From Spirochaetia bacterium (GTDB lineage Bacteria > Spirochaetota > Spirochaetia > SZUA-6 > Bin103): a stretch of DNA of 64,000 nucleotides. The stretch covers positions 1,184,001 through 1,248,000 of the forward strand of contig CBDBOV010000005.1 of the NCBI GenBank assembly GCA_965208575.1, written 5' to 3'. A model generated the notes under the pieces. It worked only from the letters and a program-made list of their open reading frames with translations. It made no database searches and had not been told where the DNA came from. The position numbers were made by a program, and so were the translations under genes. Numbering within the stretch: position 1 is the first letter of the stretch; every line of letters starts with the position of its first letter. Positions 37,922 to 50,934 of the stretch are shown piece after piece.

Positions 37922-38983
37922 TCAGCGGCGGCGGTGGGAGTGCAGCGGACGGTGCGCGGCATGCGGAGCAATCGCCCGGCTGTCGGGGGTGGTCTGGTGG
38001 ATCGGCTCGCCGGGGCGGGGGCGCGCGCGCCGCGCTACCGTATGCAGCGCGGCCGCCGCCTGCCGTACCGCGAGCGGCAGCACCAGCGGGTACGCGTGCG
38101 GCGCCCGGCGTCGTGCCCTCGCGCGGTGGCGTGCGCGGCCGCCCGGCGACTGCGTGCGCAACGCCTTGGGGGCCGGCGCCGGCCGCCACCCGGGCGGGCC
38201 GAACAGGTACATCAGCCGCTGCCGCAACGGGCCGCGTCGCATCACGTCGCGCACCATGGAACTCACCTCGTGAAAGGTCAGCGTCACCGGGTTGTGCGAG
38301 CCGACGTTCCTGGTCAGGCCGTAGACGACCGGTTCCACCTCCGGCTCGTAGGTGCCGAACAGGTGATCCCAGAAAATGAAAATGGCTCCGTAGTTGCGGT
38401 CCAGGTAATGCGGATTGGAGCCGTGATGCACGCGATGGTTGGAGGGAGTATTGAAAATACGGTCCAGGAAGCCGAGCTTGCCGACCAGTTCGGTGTGCAC
38501 CCAGAGCTGGTAGAGCGTGGTGATCGAATTGATCGCCAGGATCGCCTCGGGGCGAAATCCCAGCAACGCCAGCGGCAGCATGAACACGAAGTGCAGCGGC
38601 AGTATGAACAGATTCAGGCGCACCGCAACCGTGAAGTTGTACTTCTGCGACGAATGATGGGTGACGTGGAATGCCCACATGAAGCGGCAGCGATGACCGA
38701 GGCGATGGAACACGTAGTAGATGAAATCGTTGACCACGAACAGCAGCGCCCAGGAATACCAGGACAGGCCCATGTCCACCACCGCGACGCGGTGCAGAAA
38801 CGCGAACATGAGCAGGAACACTCCCTTGATGGCAGCCGCCATCAGCAGGTCGCCGAACGCCAGCGCGAAGTTCGCGGCGGTGTCCCTGATCTCGTAGGTG
38901 CGCAGGTTGTGCACCCAACTGACCGCGGTCTCGACCGCGATCAGCGCCAGGAAGCCGATGGCAATCAACGCCTCCAGGCTCAC
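37922..38983 (-). CDS. Sterol desaturase/fatty acid hydroxylase family, alkylglycerol monooxygenase-like
   Basis: His boxes HRLGH, HVTHHSS, HTE, TPSNHRVHH, NYG..WDHLFGTY; N-terminal TM helices. Confidence 0.88.
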   Translation of the reverse strand: MSLEALIAIGFLALIAVETAVSWVHNLRTYEIRDTAANFALAFGDLLMAAAIKGVFLLMFAFLHRVAVVDMGLSWYSWALLFVVNDFIYYVFHRLGHRCRFMWAFHVTHHSSQKYNFTVAVRLNLFILPLHFVFMLPLALLGFRPEAILAINSITTLYQLWVHTELVGKLGFLDRIFNTPSNHRVHHGSNPHYLDRNYGAIFIFWDHLFGTYEPEVEPVVYGLTRNVGSHNPVTLTFHEVSSMVRDVMRRGPLRQRLMYLFGPPGWRPAPAPKALRTQSPGGRARHRARARRRAPHAYPLVLPLAVRQAAAALHTVARRARPRPGEPIHQTTPDSRAIAPHAAHRPLHSHRRR

Positions 38984-39131
38984 GCGGCGCGTCCCCCGGC
39001 GTTGCTGTTGCGGCTCCGATGGGCCGCATTCAAGCGAGTAACGTTCGTCACGCAGGGCAAACTTAGGCGAGCGGCGCGGCGCAGGTCAACCGTCCCGGAC
39101 GACCCGGACGACCCGGCGGAATCGGTCGACG

Positions 39132-39713
39132 CTAGCGCTCGCGCGCTGCGACCGTTGCGAGAAAGTGGCGGTGCAGGCGGCGGTCGGCGGTCAGTTCGGG
39201 ATGGAATGCGGTGGCGAGGTGGGGGCCCTGCTGCACGGCTACCGGCCTGCCGTCCGGCAGCCGGGCGAGCACCCGTACCGCGGCGCCCGTTTCCCGCACC
39301 ACCGGGGCGCGGATGAACACGGCGTGCAGCGCCGGCCCGCCGATGCCGTCCACCGACAGCTCGGTTTCAAAACTGTCCACCTGGCGGCCGAACGCGTTTC
39401 GGCTCACGACCATGTCGACGATGCCCAGCGGTCGCGGGCGTGGATCGGTAAGGCGCCGCGCCAGCAGCACCATGCCGGCACAGGTGCCCCAGGAGGGAAG
39501 ACCGTCGGCCAACCGGGCGCGCAACGGTTCGCGCAGCGCGTAGCGCTCCAGCAGCAGCGCCATGGTGGTGCTTTCCCCGCCCGGAATGATCAGGCCGTCC
39601 ACCGCGGACAACTCGTCCGGCAGGCGCACCAGGCGGGTGTCGACGCCCAAGGCGCGCAGGGCGGCGCGATGTTCGGCGAAGTCGCCCTGCAGCGCCAATA
39701 TGCCGATCAGCAC
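39132..39713 (-). CDS. pdxT: PLP synthase glutaminase subunit
   Basis: LALQGDFAEH, IPGGESTT, GTCAGM, RNAFGRQVDSFE, FIRAP, FHPEL. Confidence 0.96.
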   Translation of the reverse strand: MLIGILALQGDFAEHRAALRALGVDTRLVRLPDELSAVDGLIIPGGESTTMALLLERYALREPLRARLADGLPSWGTCAGMVLLARRLTDPRPRPLGIVDMVVSRNAFGRQVDSFETELSVDGIGGPALHAVFIRAPVVRETGAAVRVLARLPDGRPVAVQQGPHLATAFHPELTADRRLHRHFLATVAARER

Positions 39714-39734
39714 GGCGACGGACGCCAGCCGCCG

Positions 39735-40631
39735 CTACCAGCCGCGTACGGCGAGCTGTTCGGTGTCCGGTATTTCGCGCATGTCGAGACCCGGCATGGC
39801 GGCGCCGAGCCCGCGCGACGCCTCCGCCACGATCGCCGCGTCCCGGAAGTGGGTGGTGGCCTTGACGATCGCGCCGGCCATGCGTGCCGGCTGCTCGCTC
39901 TTGAAAATGCCGGAACCGACGAACACGCCGTCGACACCGAGTTGCATCATCAGCGCGGCGTCGGCCGGGGTGGCGATGCCGCCGGCCGCGAAGTTCACCA
40001 CCGGCAGGCGGCCGTCGCGGCGCACGTCCTGCAGGAGCTGCAGGGGTGCTGCGAGCCGCTTTGCCTCGGCCATCAGTTCGGCGTCGTCCAGACCGCCGAC
40101 GCGGCGCAGCGCGCCGAGCACGGCGCGCGCGTGGCGCACCGCCTCCACGACGTTGCCGGTGCCCGCCTCGCCCTTGGTGCGGATCATCGCAGCACCCTCG
40201 CCGATGCGCCGCAGCGCCTCCCCCAGGTCGCGGCAGCCGCACACGAATGGCACGGTGAAGCCATGCTTCCACACGTGGTTCGTTTCGTCGGCCGGTGTGA
40301 GCACTTCCGACTCGTCGATGTAGTCGACGCCGAGCGCTTGGAGCACCTGGGCCTCCACGAAGTGGCCGATGCGGCACTTGGCCATGACCGGGATCGACAC
40401 CGCCGCCTGGATCTCGGCGACCTTGGTCGGGTCTGCCATGCGCGCCACGCCGCCGGCGGCGCGAATCTCCGCCGGCACCCGCTCCAGCGCCATCACCGCG
40501 CAGGCGCCGGCATCCTCGGCGATCCTGGCCTGATCGGCGGTCACCACGTCCATGATGACGCCGCCCTTGAGCATCTGCGCCAGGCCCACCTTTACCGTCC
40601 AGGTGCCGGTCTTCTTGTCGCCGTTTACCAC
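39735..40631 (-). CDS. pdxS: PLP synthase lyase subunit
   Basis: [48 protein letters not shown]; GTG start inferred. Confidence 0.97.
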   Translation of the reverse strand: MVNGDKKTGTWTVKVGLAQMLKGGVIMDVVTADQARIAEDAGACAVMALERVPAEIRAAGGVARMADPTKVAEIQAAVSIPVMAKCRIGHFVEAQVLQALGVDYIDESEVLTPADETNHVWKHGFTVPFVCGCRDLGEALRRIGEGAAMIRTKGEAGTGNVVEAVRHARAVLGALRRVGGLDDAELMAEAKRLAAPLQLLQDVRRDGRLPVVNFAAGGIATPADAALMMQLGVDGVFVGSGIFKSEQPARMAGAIVKATTHFRDAAIVAEASRGLGAAMPGLDMREIPDTEQLAVRGW

Positions 40632-40741
40632 GCTCTTTGTTCTCCCGCTTTCAGGCTGCCCGCCGTCGCGGCCGCCCGGACCGCCGTCCGGGGCGCGCCG
40701 CAGTGCCGCTTCGGGCACTCTCGGGCGGGTCCGTGGGGGAC

Positions 40742-40771
40742 AATATAGGTCGCGATTCGCGCCGTTGACAA
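40742..40771 (-). promoter_or_regulatory. Putative sigma70 promoter for pdxST
   Basis: Minus strand TTGTCA-18 nt-TATATT in an otherwise GC-rich spacer. Confidence 0.45.
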
Positions 40772-40920
40772 CGCCGCCGGGCACCCGCCGAGCGACCGCG
40801 GAGCGACCGGAACGGTACGGCTGCGGTGAGATTGGCCGTGGCCCGGCGCGCGGCCGCGGGCGCGCTGCGGACGCGCCGCGGACTCGTCACGGCGGCTGCA
40901 ATTCCGTTACCGTAGATGGC

Positions 40921-41628
40921 ATGGAGGTAACGGCTTCCAACGAGCAGGCGGTGCGCCGGCGGCTGGCGGACGTTCGCGTCCGGGTGGCGGCCGCGGCGCG
41001 CCGCGGCGGCCGGCCGGCGCAGCAGGTGCGGGTGATGGCGGTCACCAAGACCCGGTCGCGTGCGGAGGCCGCGGCGGCTCTGGCAGCCGGCGCCGACCTG
41101 GTCGGCGAGAATCGCGTGCAGGAGGCGGCGGCGAAGTTCGCACCGCTTCCCGATTTCGAGCTGCACCTGATCGGACACCTGCAGCGCAACAAGGCACGCG
41201 CTGCGGCGCGCCTGTTCCATGCCGTGCAGTCGATCGACAAGTTCGCCACCGCCGCGGCGCTGCAGCGGGCGCTGGACGTGGACAATCGGACCATGGACGT
41301 GCTGCTGGAACTGAACACCAGCGGCGAACCCGGCAAGCACGGATTTCGCACCGCCGCCGAGTTGCGGCGCGCCCTCGACGCGATGGCCGTGTGCGGCCGG
41401 CTGCGCATCCGGGGACTGATGACCATGGCGGCGTGGCGCGCCGATCCGGAAGCCGTGCGCCGCAGCTTCCGTTCCCTGCGGCGGCTGTTCGACGAATTGG
41501 CGCCGGGCCGCCCCGGTTTCGACACGCTGTCGATGGGCATGAGCGGCGACTACGAGATCGCCGTCGAGGAGGGTGCCACGTTGGTGCGCCTCGGCAGCGT
41601 CCTGTTCGGACCCCGTCCCGCGCCATGA
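40921..41628 (+). CDS. yggS: YggS family PLP-binding homeostasis protein
   Basis: AVTKT, GENRVQEA, HLIGHLQRNK, GLMTM, LSMGMSGDYEIAVEEGAT.VR.G. Confidence 0.95.
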   Translation: MEVTASNEQAVRRRLADVRVRVAAAARRGGRPAQQVRVMAVTKTRSRAEAAAALAAGADLVGENRVQEAAAKFAPLPDFELHLIGHLQRNKARAAARLFHAVQSIDKFATAAALQRALDVDNRTMDVLLELNTSGEPGKHGFRTAAELRRALDAMAVCGRLRIRGLMTMAAWRADPEAVRRSFRSLRRLFDELAPGRPGFDTLSMGMSGDYEIAVEEGATLVRLGSVLFGPRPAP

Positions 41629-42137
41629 AACGTGCGCGCCGGATGGCGCTGCTGCTGGCCGTACTGACGGCGGGCGCCGCCGTGCAGACGCCCGCGCAGG
41701 AGCAGGCGCCGACCCCGGAGCCCTATACCAGGGGAGAGTTCAGCGCGTCGGTGCAGGCGCTGCGCCGGGCCGAGATCATCGCCGTGGGAGCATTTCCGTT
41801 CACGCTCTTGTTCACCATTCTCGTTTACGACTATGCGCGCTGGGCCGGGCAAGGGTTTGCCGTGGAGGAGGCACCGTTCCGGCGGCCCGCCGGCGAGGAC
41901 CCGTTCAGCAACGACGAGAAGGTCGCCATCGCCATCAGTGCGGCCGGCGTGGCGATGGCGGTGGCCGCTGCCGACTACCTGCTCGGACGCGCCGAGGCCG
42001 CGCAGCCGCCGGCGGTCGGGGCGCCCGCGGCGGCGCACGCGCGCGCCGGCTCCCCCGCCGACCAGCCGCTGTCGCACGCCGGCGTGCTGCCGGTTTCGCT
42101 CGCGACCGTGATGATTCCCCCCGCCGTGCGGCCATGA
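41625..42137 (+). CDS. Hypothetical membrane protein of a type seen in spirochaetes
   Basis: Signal peptide, PEPY..EF....LRRAEII..G.FPF motif, two TM segments; ATGA-coupled on both sides. Confidence 0.65.
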   Translation: MKRARRMALLLAVLTAGAAVQTPAQEQAPTPEPYTRGEFSASVQALRRAEIIAVGAFPFTLLFTILVYDYARWAGQGFAVEEAPFRRPAGEDPFSNDEKVAIAISAAGVAMAVAAADYLLGRAEAAQPPAVGAPAAAHARAGSPADQPLSHAGVLPVSLATVMIPPAVRP

Positions 42138-43042
42138 GCGGTGCCGACGCGACCCTGACCACCGTGCACCTCGTGGTAGACGGCAGCGGAGCGGGCGAGC
42201 GCGCCGACCGCTACCTGGGCGAACGCGTGGGCGTCACTTCGCGCAGCCAGTTGCAGTTGCGCCTCGCCGATTTGCGCGTCAACGATCGTGCGGCAAAACC
42301 GAGCACTCGTTTGAATTGCGGGGACCAGGTGGTAGTGGTGTTGCGCTCGGCGCCGGTGATGGTGGCGCTGCCGGAGCCGCTGTCGCTGGACGTGCTGTAC
42401 GAAGACGACGACGTCGTGGTCATCGACAAGCCGAGCGGCATGGTGGTGCATCCGGGCAGCGGCAATCGCGGCGGCACGCTGGTGAACGGCCTGCTGTACC
42501 GGTATCGCGAGTTGGCCGCGCGATTCCCCGACACCCCGCGCCCCGGCATCGTGCACCGCCTGGACAAGGACACCTCCGGGGTGATGGTGGTGGCCCGGCA
42601 CGGCGCGGCGCATGCCTGGCTCGCCCGCCAGTTCAGCGCGCGTACCGTGGGCAAGCGGTACCTGGCCTGGGTCGCCGGCCGGCCCGTGCCGGCCGCCGGC
42701 CGCATCGCGACGCGGCTGCGTCGTGATGCGAAAAACCCGCTGCGAGTGCGGGTCAGCCGCGAGATCGGCAAGCTGGCGGTTACCCGCTACCGCGTATGCG
42801 AGAGCAGCGGCGACGCTTCGCTGATGGCGCTGCGTCCGCTCACCGGGCGCACCCATCAACTGCGCGCCCACATGCGATGGCTCGGCCACCCGATTCTCGG
42901 CGACCCGCTGTATGCCGGTCGCGCCAAGGGCACCGCGCCGCGCCTGCTGTTGCACGCCCACCGCCTCGCCATCGTGCTGCCCGGCGGTACCGCGCGCACG
43001 GTGTTCGAGGCGCCGCCGCCGCCCGGCTTCGGTCGTCCTTAG
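42134..43042 (+). CDS. rluD: RluA/RluD family 23S rRNA pseudouridine synthase
   Basis: S4-like N-terminus, KPSGMVVHP, HRLDKDTSG, TGRTHQLR, GDPLY. Confidence 0.9.
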   Translation: MSGADATLTTVHLVVDGSGAGERADRYLGERVGVTSRSQLQLRLADLRVNDRAAKPSTRLNCGDQVVVVLRSAPVMVALPEPLSLDVLYEDDDVVVIDKPSGMVVHPGSGNRGGTLVNGLLYRYRELAARFPDTPRPGIVHRLDKDTSGVMVVARHGAAHAWLARQFSARTVGKRYLAWVAGRPVPAAGRIATRLRRDAKNPLRVRVSREIGKLAVTRYRVCESSGDASLMALRPLTGRTHQLRAHMRWLGHPILGDPLYAGRAKGTAPRLLLHAHRLAIVLPGGTARTVFEAPPPPGFGRP

Positions 43043-43710
43043 CCGTCCGTGGCGGAGTCCGGTGTCGCACCGAGAGCGCGGCTTGCAAAGCGCCCGGTGT
43101 CTCGCGGCGGGCTGGCGGGCCGCAGTGCCTGTTCCGCGTCCGCCGCGGGGCGGTGCAGGGCGGGATTGAACGTGCGCTCGGTGCCGACCGTCGTCGGCGG
43201 GCCGTGGCCGGGAAGAATCGTCACGCGGTCGGGAAGGCACAGGACCCGTTCGCGAAGCGCTGCCACCAGCGTGGCGTGAGCGGCAGCGGTGGGCGTGTTG
43301 CCGGCCGCTCCCGCGAGCAGCGCGTCGCCGCTGAACAACAGGTCACCGGTGCGGAACGCCACGCAGTCGCCGGCATGCCCCGGCAGCTCGATCACTTCGA
43401 ATGCACGTGCTCCCACCACGACCTCGTCACCGTGGCGCACGCGGCGGCAGGGGACGCCGATCCTGGCCGCGGCATGCGCGTACACGTGCGCGCGGTATAC
43501 GCTCAGTACCGTCTCCAGCCCGCCCCGGTGCGCGCGATGTGCGTGCGTGAGCAGCACCGCGGCGATCTCCAGTCCGGCGTTCTCGATGCGCGCCAACAAA
43601 CTCGCCGGAAAGTGTCCGGGATCGATCATCGCCGCCTCGGAGCCGGTATCGGGACCGACGACGTAGGTGGTGGCGAACCCGGTCCTGGCGCAGCAGGCAA
43701 TCAGGTGCAT
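43039..43710 (-). CDS. MBL-fold metallo-hydrolase
   Basis: IDPG, THAHRAH, PGH, FSGDAL, PGHGP.T motifs. Confidence 0.85.
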   Translation of the reverse strand: MHLIACCARTGFATTYVVGPDTGSEAAMIDPGHFPASLLARIENAGLEIAAVLLTHAHRAHRGGLETVLSVYRAHVYAHAAARIGVPCRRVRHGDEVVVGARAFEVIELPGHAGDCVAFRTGDLLFSGDALLAGAAGNTPTAAAHATLVAALRERVLCLPDRVTILPGHGPPTTVGTERTFNPALHRPAADAEQALRPASPPRDTGRFASRALGATPDSATDG

Positions 43711-44292
43711 CTACAGGTGTGCTTCGCCGGTGTTGCTGAAGCGCAGGTCCACGCCGGTCATGACACTCGCCGTGAAGTGCGCGTGATACAGGTCGCAATC
43801 CTGCAAGTCGACCCGCTGCAGCCGTGCGCCTATGAAGCGGCACAAGCTGAGATCGCTGCCGCGAAAGCTGCAATCGGTGCAGCGCACCCCAACGAAGTTG
43901 TTGCGCGGCAGGTCCGACTCGTCGAACCGGCTGTCGCTGATTTCCGCGCCGGCGAACAGCGACAGCGTAATCGCTGCGCCGCGCAGCGAGCAGGATCGCA
44001 GGCAGGAGAAGTCCAGGTGCACGTGTCGGAGCCGTGCTCCGTCGAGGCGCACGTTGGTCCACGCCGAGCCCGACAGGCGGCAGCCGATCATCTCGCGCCC
44101 GCGCAAGTCGAGGTCGCGGCACCGCACGCCGCTGAGGTTGACGTCCCGCAGGCGCCGCGACTGTGCGAGCAGTGCCGCGGCTTCGGCTTCAAAGGCGGTG
44201 CGGTCCGGGCAATGGGCGGCGCACCGGTCACGCCGGTATACCGCGTACGCGTCACATCCCGGGTGCCGGCAGGGCGGGAAGCGGGCCACCAT
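43711..44292 (-). CDS. Pentapeptide repeat protein with N-terminal Cys/His motif
   Basis: (A/S/C)xLxx pentapeptide periodicity; C..PGC...C..H at the N-terminus; stop abuts the MBL ATG. Confidence 0.85.
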   Translation of the reverse strand: MVARFPPCRHPGCDAYAVYRRDRCAAHCPDRTAFEAEAAALLAQSRRLRDVNLSGVRCRDLDLRGREMIGCRLSGSAWTNVRLDGARLRHVHLDFSCLRSCSLRGAAITLSLFAGAEISDSRFDESDLPRNNFVGVRCTDCSFRGSDLSLCRFIGARLQRVDLQDCDLYHAHFTASVMTGVDLRFSNTGEAHL

Positions 44293-44383
44293 GCCGCCAA
44301 GCTACGCCAACTGCGCACGCTGCACAACCGGCGCGCGCAGGCGGGCGGTTGGGCATGCCGCCGTTCATGGCTATCATGGTCGC

Positions 44384-45358
44384 GTGCTTGGCCAGGTTGC
44401 CAGCGGCATCAACAACATCTTTCACGTGCGCGTGGTGGCGGAGCAGGCGGCGCCGACCGATGCGGCGGTCGCGGCGGGAGCCACCATAGAGTGCCGGATC
44501 ATGGGCAAGGTGCTCGGTGGCAGGCAGCCGGTGGCCGACTACGCCTACAATCCGCTTGCGCCCGGCGATTGGGTTACCATCGCCGTGGACGCGCACGTGC
44601 CGCGGCAGGGCTGGATCCTGGAACGCCGCCCCCGTACCTCCGCTATCCGGCGCTGGAACCGCAAGCGGCAGGCTCCGCAGACGCTCGCCGCCAACGTCGA
44701 CCGGCTGGCGGCGGTCGGCTCGTTCGCCGCGCCGCCGTTCCGGCCCCGGTTCCTCGACCGGCTGCTGCTGTGCGGCGAGCTCGGCGACGCCGACCCGGTG
44801 CTGATCGTCAACAAGGAAGATCTCGGCAGCACGCCGGCGATCGACCGCCGGCTGGCCAGCTATCGGGCGATGGGCTATGAGGTGATCACCTGCTCGGCGG
44901 TTACCGGCGGCGGCATCCCGGCGCTGCGCGACCTGCTGGCCGGCGACTCGCTGGTGGCCGTTGTCGGTCAATCGGGGGTGGGCAAATCGGCGTTGCTCAA
45001 CCGGCTCGAACCGGCGCAGCGGCGCCTGGAGGGCGAACTGTCGCGCAAGTACGACCGCGGCGCGCACACCACCCGCTACGGCGAGGTGGTCAGCACGGCG
45101 GCGGGAGTGCTGGTGATCGACACGCCCGGCATCCGCGAACTGGAGATAACCGACATCGAGCCGCACGAACTGCGCCTCTGGTATCGCGACTTTCTGCCCT
45201 ACGTGGAGCAGTGCGAGTTTCCCGGCTGTCTGTGCGAGCATGAACCGGGCTGCGCGGTGCGCGCCGCGCTGGCGCGCGGGGAGATCCACCGTGACCGGCA
45301 CCGAGGCTACCTGCGCGTTCTGGCGGAGCTCAAGGACGCGGTAGCGGCGCGCCGCTGA
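44384..45358 (+). CDS. rsgA: Ribosome small subunit-dependent GTPase A
   Basis: AANVD, NKED, GQSGVGKS, G.HTT, DTPG, C.F..C...EPGC Zn site; GTG start inferred. Confidence 0.93.
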   Translation: MLGQVASGINNIFHVRVVAEQAAPTDAAVAAGATIECRIMGKVLGGRQPVADYAYNPLAPGDWVTIAVDAHVPRQGWILERRPRTSAIRRWNRKRQAPQTLAANVDRLAAVGSFAAPPFRPRFLDRLLLCGELGDADPVLIVNKEDLGSTPAIDRRLASYRAMGYEVITCSAVTGGGIPALRDLLAGDSLVAVVGQSGVGKSALLNRLEPAQRRLEGELSRKYDRGAHTTRYGEVVSTAAGVLVIDTPGIRELEITDIEPHELRLWYRDFLPYVEQCEFPGCLCEHEPGCAVRAALARGEIHRDRHRGYLRVLAELKDAVAARR

Positions 45359-45360
45359 GC

Positions 45361-47784
45361 ATGGATCCGCACGCCGTCGCCATTCTGGAGTTCGACCGCC
45401 TGCGTGCCGAGCTGGCGGAATACTGCCTGTCGCCGGCCGGTGCGGACGCGGTCATGCGCGAGCCGTTCATCCGCGACCGTGCCGTACACCGGGAGTTGCT
45501 CGCCGACGTGGGCGCGCTGCGCGCGTTGCTCGAGGCGGACCGGCTGCCGGCTGACGTCGACCTGCCGGAGGTCGACGACGCGGTACGGCTGCTGGACAAG
45601 GACGGCACCGTGCTGGAGCCGGACGCCGCCGCCCGCCTGGGCCGCTTCCTGCGCGCGGCGTGCAGGTTGCGCCGGGCCCTGCGGCCGCGCGCCGGGGAGC
45701 GCGGCACGGCGGCGATCGCGCGCATCGCGCCGCTGCTCGACGCGGCGCGCGAAGTCGAGCAGTTGCCGGCCGCGATCTTCCGCGTCGTGGACCCGGACGG
45801 CACCGTTCGGGAGCGCCAACTGCCCACGCTGGCCTCGATTCGGGCGCGCATCCGGCGCCTGGCCGGCGACGTGCAGCGCGCCGCGCGCCGCTACTTCGCG
45901 GCGCCCGAGTTTCGCGGCGTCGTGAACGGCGATCGCGCCACCGAGCGCGGCGGACGCACCGTGATACCGGTCAAGGTGAACCACCAGCGCCGCGTGCCCG
46001 GCGTCATCCATGAGGTGTCCGCGAGCGGAGCGACGGTGTTCATCGAGCCGGAGGAGAGCATCCGCGCCGGCCACCGCATTGCCGAGGAGCAACTTGCCTA
46101 CCGCCGCGAGCTGCGCCGCATCATGCGCGAGCTGACCGCGCAGGTCGCCGTGCACGGCGTCGAGATAGGCGCCACGGTCGCGGCCCTGGTTGCCTACGAC
46201 GTGCGCTATGCGCGGGCCAGGTACGCGCGCCTGCACCGCTGCGCTCCCGCGCACACCGGCAGCGGCGAGGTCGATCTGCGCGCGGCGCGCCACCCGCTGC
46301 TCGGCGCCGCCGCGGTGCCGATCGACATCCGCTGGGGCGGCGCGCGGCGCGTGCTGATCGTGACCGGCCCCAACACCGGCGGCAAGACGGTGGCGTTGAA
46401 GACGGTCGGTCTGCTCGCTCTCATGAACCACTTCGCGATGGAGGTACCGGCGGCGGCGCCAAGCGTCCTGCCGTGGCTGGATCAGGTGCTGTGCGACGTC
46501 GGCGACGAACAGTCGATCGCGCAGTCGCTGTCGACGTTCTCCGGCCACGTGCGCCAGGTCGCGCGCATTCTCGGCAGCGCTTCCGGCAACTCGCTGGTGC
46601 TGCTTGACGAGTTGGGTGCCGGAACCGATCCGGAAGAAGGCGTGACGCTGGCCATGGCGGTTCTGGACAGCTTGATTACCAGAGGCGCCCTGGTCGCCGT
46701 CACAACGCACCACGGTGCACTCAAGAACTACGGCTACGTGAACCCGGCGGTCGAGAACGCGGCGATGGAGTTCGATCTGCAATCGCTGCGGCCCACGTAC
46801 CGGCTGCTGTCGGGTATTCCGGGCGAGAGCCACGCGCTGGAGATTGCGCGTCGCCAGGGCATCGGCGACCGCATCGTCGCGGCCGCCCGCACCTACCTGG
46901 CCGAGGGGCGCACCGACAGCGGCGAGATGATCCGTTCGCTGACGGCGCGGGAGCATGAGTTGCGCGACGTTGCCGAGCGGCACGAGAGGTCGCACGCGGA
47001 GTTGCGGCAGCGCGCCCGCGAGGTGGCAGCCCGGGAACAGCGGCTTGCCGCCCGCGAGCGCGAGTTGCGCGCCGCCGAGAACCGCGACCTGCGCGTATTC
47101 CTGCGCGAGAGCCGGCGCACACTGGAGGGCGCCATCCGCGAGCTGCGCGAACGCGGCCGGTCGGGCGGGGATTGGCGCGCCGCCGCCGCGGCCGCGCGCG
47201 AGGTGGTCGAGCAGGTAGCCGTGCAAGCCGCGCCTGCGCAGCCGGGCTCGGCAGCGGCACCGGCAGCGCCGTCCGGGGGCGTCCCCGAACCGGCCGCCGC
47301 CGGCGCCGGCGCTGGCGCGCGCTCGGCGCCGGCACCGCTCGCGGTCGGCGCGCGGGTGCGCATTGCGGCAAGCGGGCGGCCCGGCGAAGTGGTGCGCGCC
47401 GGGCGGCGCGGCTCCTGGGTGGTGCAGACCGGCAGCGTGCGCGGTACCTTCCGCTCCGAGGAGCTGGTGGCGGACGCCGCCGCAGCGCCGGCGGCGGCGC
47501 CGGACCGGCCGCACGTCGAGGTGAACACGTCCGGCACCCGCCCGCTGGCTGAGCTCAACGTGCGCGGGTTGCGGCTCGACGAAGCATTGGCGGCCGTGGA
47601 ACGGCAGGTGGACGGCGCCCTGCTGGCCGGGCTGCGGCACTGCGCGATCGTGCACGGCCGGGGAGAAGGTGTTCTCCGTCATGGCATCCACCAGTATCTT
47701 GAGCGCCGACGCGAGGTGGTCGAGTTCGAGCCCGCGGAGCACCGCGACGGCGGCGACGGCAAGACCATCGTGAAGCTTGGGTGA
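45361..47784 (+). CDS. mutS2: MutS2 endonuclease with Smr domain
   Basis: [49 protein letters not shown]-terminal [14 protein letters not shown]. Confidence 0.95.
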   Translation: MDPHAVAILEFDRLRAELAEYCLSPAGADAVMREPFIRDRAVHRELLADVGALRALLEADRLPADVDLPEVDDAVRLLDKDGTVLEPDAAARLGRFLRAACRLRRALRPRAGERGTAAIARIAPLLDAAREVEQLPAAIFRVVDPDGTVRERQLPTLASIRARIRRLAGDVQRAARRYFAAPEFRGVVNGDRATERGGRTVIPVKVNHQRRVPGVIHEVSASGATVFIEPEESIRAGHRIAEEQLAYRRELRRIMRELTAQVAVHGVEIGATVAALVAYDVRYARARYARLHRCAPAHTGSGEVDLRAARHPLLGAAAVPIDIRWGGARRVLIVTGPNTGGKTVALKTVGLLALMNHFAMEVPAAAPSVLPWLDQVLCDVGDEQSIAQSLSTFSGHVRQVARILGSASGNSLVLLDELGAGTDPEEGVTLAMAVLDSLITRGALVAVTTHHGALKNYGYVNPAVENAAMEFDLQSLRPTYRLLSGIPGESHALEIARRQGIGDRIVAAARTYLAEGRTDSGEMIRSLTAREHELRDVAERHERSHAELRQRAREVAAREQRLAARERELRAAENRDLRVFLRESRRTLEGAIRELRERGRSGGDWRAAAAAAREVVEQVAVQAAPAQPGSAAAPAAPSGGVPEPAAAGAGAGARSAPAPLAVGARVRIAASGRPGEVVRAGRRGSWVVQTGSVRGTFRSEELVADAAAAPAAAPDRPHVEVNTSGTRPLAELNVRGLRLDEALAAVERQVDGALLAGLRHCAIVHGRGEGVLRHGIHQYLERRREVVEFEPAEHRDGGDGKTIVKLG

Positions 47785-47817
47785 CGGTGAAACTTGCGTG
47801 ACCGAGACTTGCGTGGA
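47770..47817 (+). repeat. Short degenerate tandem repeat echoing the mutS2 3' end and stop
   Basis: gtgaagcttgggtgac (47770) / gtgaaacttgcgtgac (47787) / gagacttgcgtg (47804). Confidence 0.6.
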
Positions 47818-47845
47818 TGCACTGACCCGAGATGGTGAACCCGGC

Positions 47846-50845
<3,000 letters not shown>

Positions 50846-50934
50846 GCGGTCCGGCGGTCACGGAGCGTACCACCGGGCGCCGCCGCGGGCGGCCTTGTGG
50901 TGCCGGCCGGCGCGCCGCCGGCGCCGCGTGCGCG

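Noticed and set aside
39091-39118. Short ccggacgac tandem repeat downstream of pdxT
   Set aside because: Two to three 9-nt GC-rich copies, compatible with chance slippage; no function can be supported.
35739-39316. Very long alternative-frame ORFs (1096 and 1115 aa; likewise 10391-13531, 47555-50800, 5069-7756)
   Set aside because: Arg/Pro/Ala-rich antisense or off-frame shadows of real genes, expected at this GC content.
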